A stretch of DNA of 64,000 nucleotides from Rhynchopus sp. YZ270_cl-10 (taxonomy: Eukaryota). The notes under the pieces were generated by a model. It saw only the letters and a program-made list of their open reading frames with translations. It was not told where the DNA came from and searched no databases. Location: the NCBI GenBank assembly GCA_964035575.1, contig OZ037834.1, positions 1,736,001-1,800,000 on the forward strand, given 5' to 3'. The position numbers and the translations under genes were made by a program. Positions 60,201-64,000 of the stretch are shown one piece after another; the first letter of the stretch is position 1, and every line of letters begins with the position of its first letter.

Positions 60201-63200
60201 GAGGACGAGGCCCTCAAAACCATCAGAAACTACCTGCGCGACCCCAGCACCTGGGCGACTGGAGCCGAGATTGATGCCATGAAGGGTCTCATCACCAGTG
60301 TCACACACGACACAGCTCTCTTCACCTCCACTGGTGCACCTATCATTGCGAACCTGCTCCCCCCGGACGGTGGTGACGTTGTCTTTGAGATGGAGAAGGA
60401 CATGTCTGGACACACCTGGGTCGTCATCGGCATTCGCGATGACGGAGGTGGCGACCCGACCCTCGTCAACGGACCGGCGTACGAGGAGTACCTGTTCTGG
60501 ATTGAGGAGGTCAACGACCCGCCGATTGCCACGCTCGATCCGTCCGTTGCGCCCTCCGGAGTGATCCACGTCGACGAGGACACGCTGATCCGCACTGGGG
60601 GACACGCGCTCCTTCTCTTCCCCGACGCCGCTGCGGGTCCGCCCCGTGAGCTGCGCGACATGCCAAGCGCCCTCGTGACCAGCACCTGCCCGCTCACCAA
60701 CACCTTCCCCGGGTGCGGTGTGATCCCCATCACCGCTGCTGACGCCACCACGCTGAAGTACAACCGTGAGCTCTGCGCCACCACCTGCGGTACCGGTGCG
60801 ACCTGCGGATGTGGACAGCAGCTGCAGATTACGTGCACCAGCGACCACCCCGAGTTCTTCAACGTTGAGCCCAGCGTCGACTTCACAGGGACTGACGTAG
60901 GAATGCTGAGGTTCACATTGAAGGAGGAGGCCGCCGGGGACGTGAAAGTGACGTGCGCGTTCAAGGACTGTGTCGATGCCTTGGGTGTGCCGTGCACGCT
61001 GACCACGGATGGAGAGGCTGCGCTCACAACGGTTCGCGAGTTTGTGATCTCGATCAGAGACATCAACGACCCGCCTACGATTGAGCTGACGAACCCGACG
61101 CTGCAGATCATTGTTGATGAGGACTCTCCTATCCACACAGCGACGGTGCTGCAGAACCTTGCACCTGGGCCTGCGTCGGAGCTGTTGACACAGATTGTGG
61201 ACGCAAAGTGCACTGTCAAGCAGGGGTCGACGCAGCTGTTCGAGAACGAGCTCATCACGACGACACAGCTTGGCAACCAGGGGACGATCCAGCAGGGTGC
61301 GGTGACCTTCACCCCTGCAAAGGATGCTGCGGGACAGGTGGCGGTGGTGTGCCAGGCGTCGGACAACGGCAGCCCTGTGATGACGTCGCACTCACAGTCC
61401 TTTGAGATCATCATCAGAGAGATCAACGACCCGCCTTCCGGAACACTCCTCATGACGGAGATCGAGGTGGAGGAGGACCGTGGTGCCTACAGCGTCAAGC
61501 TCATCGACAACCTCATCCCCGGCCCGCCCTCTGAGCTCTCGCAGACCCTCACCATCGTGTGCAAAGCAACCAACACCGTTCTGCTCACAGGCGACCCGAC
61601 CATCAACTCCGCAGGAACACTCACCTTCACCCCCGCACCCGACGCAGTTGGGGTCACCTCAGTGAACTGCGTGTTCACGGATGACGGTGTCAACCCAGCC
61701 GCACTCACATGGCAGACGACATTCACCATCAAGGTTACGGAAGTGAACGACCCGCCAACCGTGACCGTCAACGGTGTGATGATGAGCCCTACGATCACCG
61801 TCAGCGAGGACACAGGCAAGGTGGAGGAGTCGACGTTCCTCATCGACCTGTCCCCAGGGCCGCTCAGCGAGCATGCGACACAGAGCACCAGCTTTGCGTG
61901 CTCGGCCGCCAACCCAGAGCTCTTTTCACAGCAGCCAAGCATTGTGCCGCAGGGCTCGACAGGAACAGTGCTGTTCTTCACGGAGCAGGACATGGCGGGC
62001 AGGACGACGGTGTCGTGTGTGATGACTGATACGGGGGTGCCGGCCAAGTCGACGTCGTTCTCATTCTTTGTTGTCATTAACGAGATCAACGACCCGCCGA
62101 TTGCGACCGTCACAGAGAACCCCCTGCGTGTCAACGAGGACGACCCGCCCGTCATCAGAACAGGCTTCCTCTCTCCCCTTGCAGCTGGTCCGCCACAGGA
62201 GGCGGGACAGTCGTTCTCAACCACATGCACAAACAACCCGGCCTTCTTCCTGATCCGTCCCGAAGTCGACACATCGGGTACCCTCACATTCACCCTCCAG
62301 CCAGACGTGTCCGGCACAGTCTCCGTCACATGCTCAGTGGTCGATGCAGGTGGGCTCCAAGAGGACGTGACCTTCACCGTCGAGATCGATGAGGTGAACG
62401 ACCCGCCAATCGTCCTTCAGACCCTCAGCATGGTTCTTGTCGACGAAGACACCGGTGCCTACGACAGAGTGCAGTGGACAAAACTTGCACCCGGTCCTGC
62501 CAACGAGGTTGCTGCGGGGCAGATTTTCACGTACACCTGCAGCCACACCAACCCACAGCTGTTCGTGCTCGGGAAGACCCCGGAAGTGGTGAGAACCTCG
62601 TCTATTGCACGTCTCTCGTTTGAGCCGTCCCCAGACCAGGCTGGAGAGTCGAAGGTGACATGCCAGCTGACGGACACGGGCAGCCCCCCTGCTAGCACGG
62701 AGGTCGAGTTTACCATTGTCATCCGTGACCTGAACGACGCACCCACCGCAACGTGCACGCTGTGCGCAACAGGCATCACCGTGCAGGAGGACTCCGGCTG
62801 GCACTCATCCATGAACTTCCTGACACTCATCTCCGCCGGGCCTGTCTCTGAGGCAGACCAGACGCTGACCACGACATGCACCACGTCGGGAGCAGACACG
62901 TTGTGGTACAAGGACAGCACCGTCACGCCTGCTATCGACGGACGCCCCAGGATTGACCCTCTGACAGGCGCACTCACATTCCAGCCGAACACGGATACTA
63001 GCGGCTCTTCGACAGTGTCGTGCACATTGACCGACAACGGTACCCCACAGGGCCTCCTCACGCTGACGTCGTTTGTGATCACGGTGGAGGAGGTGAACGA
63101 CCCGCCACTTGGCACTGTCGACCCGAGTGGACGCGCCTCTGTTGCTGTCGGGTCTGGCTCGACCACGATGAGCGCGTGGGTGACAGGCATCGCACCGGGA

Positions 63201-64000
63201 CCTCCGCAGGAGTCGACACAGAGTGTGCGGATCACATGCGTTGCCGACACACCGGCGCTGTTCACGACAACGGGACAGCCGACGCTGGACCGTGTGAGTG
63301 GGGACTTGACGTTCACGGCTGCGACGGACAACAGCGAGGGAAACTCGTTGGTGACATGCACGCTGACGGACAACGGCCTGCCTACAGTGGAGACACTGAC
63401 ACTGTCGTTCGTGGTCGCGTTTGAGAACCAGCCGCCAACGGCGACAGCGACACAGGAGTTCGTGGTCGTTGCAGAGGAGAGCGGACCGTACACGCTGGCG
63501 TCCTTCCTGACGAACCTTGCTGCAGGACCCGCCGTCGAGGTGGCGAAGGGGCAGTCCATCGCGACCATCGTCTGCACACCGACCGACACCTCGCTGTTCT
63601 CGGTCTCGCCGGTCATCAACAACCAAGGCGTGCTTGAGTTCACCCCCGCTGTGGACGCAGCTGGCAGCACCTTTGTTGACTGTCTCGTCAACGACAACGG
63701 CCAGCCGCAGAAGGTATGATACACTACTTTTGAAATACAATAAAATAACCCACTACCACAGTCTGTTGGCCTGAACTTCACCGTGAACGTGACCGAGGTG
63801 AACGACCCCCCGGTCGTGACCGTGAACCAGGGCTCCGTCACTGCCCCTGAGGGAGGTGACAAGGTGCTTATCCCCTCCTTCGTCAGTGTCTCTGCGGGGC
63901 CGCCGTCGGAGAACCTGCAGACCGTGCGTGGGTCCTGTGTCGCGAACATCCCGGAGCTTGTGGAGGGCACCATCGTGCTTGGCCTCAGCGGCTTCTCCCT
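57240..64000 (+). CDS. Giant secreted/surface protein with tandem cadherin/bacterial-Ig-like (E-V/I-N-D-P-P) repeats, 3'-partial; join(57240..63713,63762..>64000)
   Basis: Signal peptide MAVRLLRAVAVLALLAPATA. About 13 NDPP-type junctions, ~105 aa apart in the regular part. A 48-nt GT-AG intron restores the frame (QK|SVGLNFTVNVTEVNDPP). Confidence 0.92.

Noticed and set aside
1..64000. tRNA, spliced-leader RNA or snRNA genes and an autonomous transposase or reverse transcriptase
   Set aside because: None recognised by eye. tRNAscan and Infernal would be needed to exclude them.

Overview
Eukaryotic (protist) genomic DNA, most likely euglenozoan and possibly diplonemid. This is inferred from nine GC-rich genes all on the + strand, short GT-AG introns, AG acceptors just upstream of several start codons (trans-splice-like) and a kinetoplastid-like LSU rRNA fragment. 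The main gene (27211-45671, 6 exons, about 5715 aa) is a giant beta-1,3-glucan synthase (GT48/FKS family). It carries two apparently inactive glycoside-hydrolase domains (GH81-like and clan-A TIM barrel) at the N-terminus, and a degenerate EF-hand region, 22 Trp/Pro-rich ~80-aa repeats and a PDZ domain at the C-terminus. The other genes are: a 4-exon voltage-gated K+ channel with a ~570-aa ectodomain and a LIM-like zinc finger, a Kelch protein, a cytochrome b5-domain protein, a giant Cys-containing cadherin/bacterial-Ig-like repeat protein that runs off the window, and four hypothetical proteins. Regions 1-4600 and 8897-14845 are nests of non-autonomous DNA transposons with readable terminal inverted repeats (TIRs) and target-site duplications (TSDs), GTAC-core minisatellites, long palindromes and two tyrosine-recombinase-like remnants. 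Introns and spacers hold two families of short sense-oriented hairpin repeats, dispersed rRNA fragments and a foldback element. All domain calls come from reading motifs by eye, with no database search.
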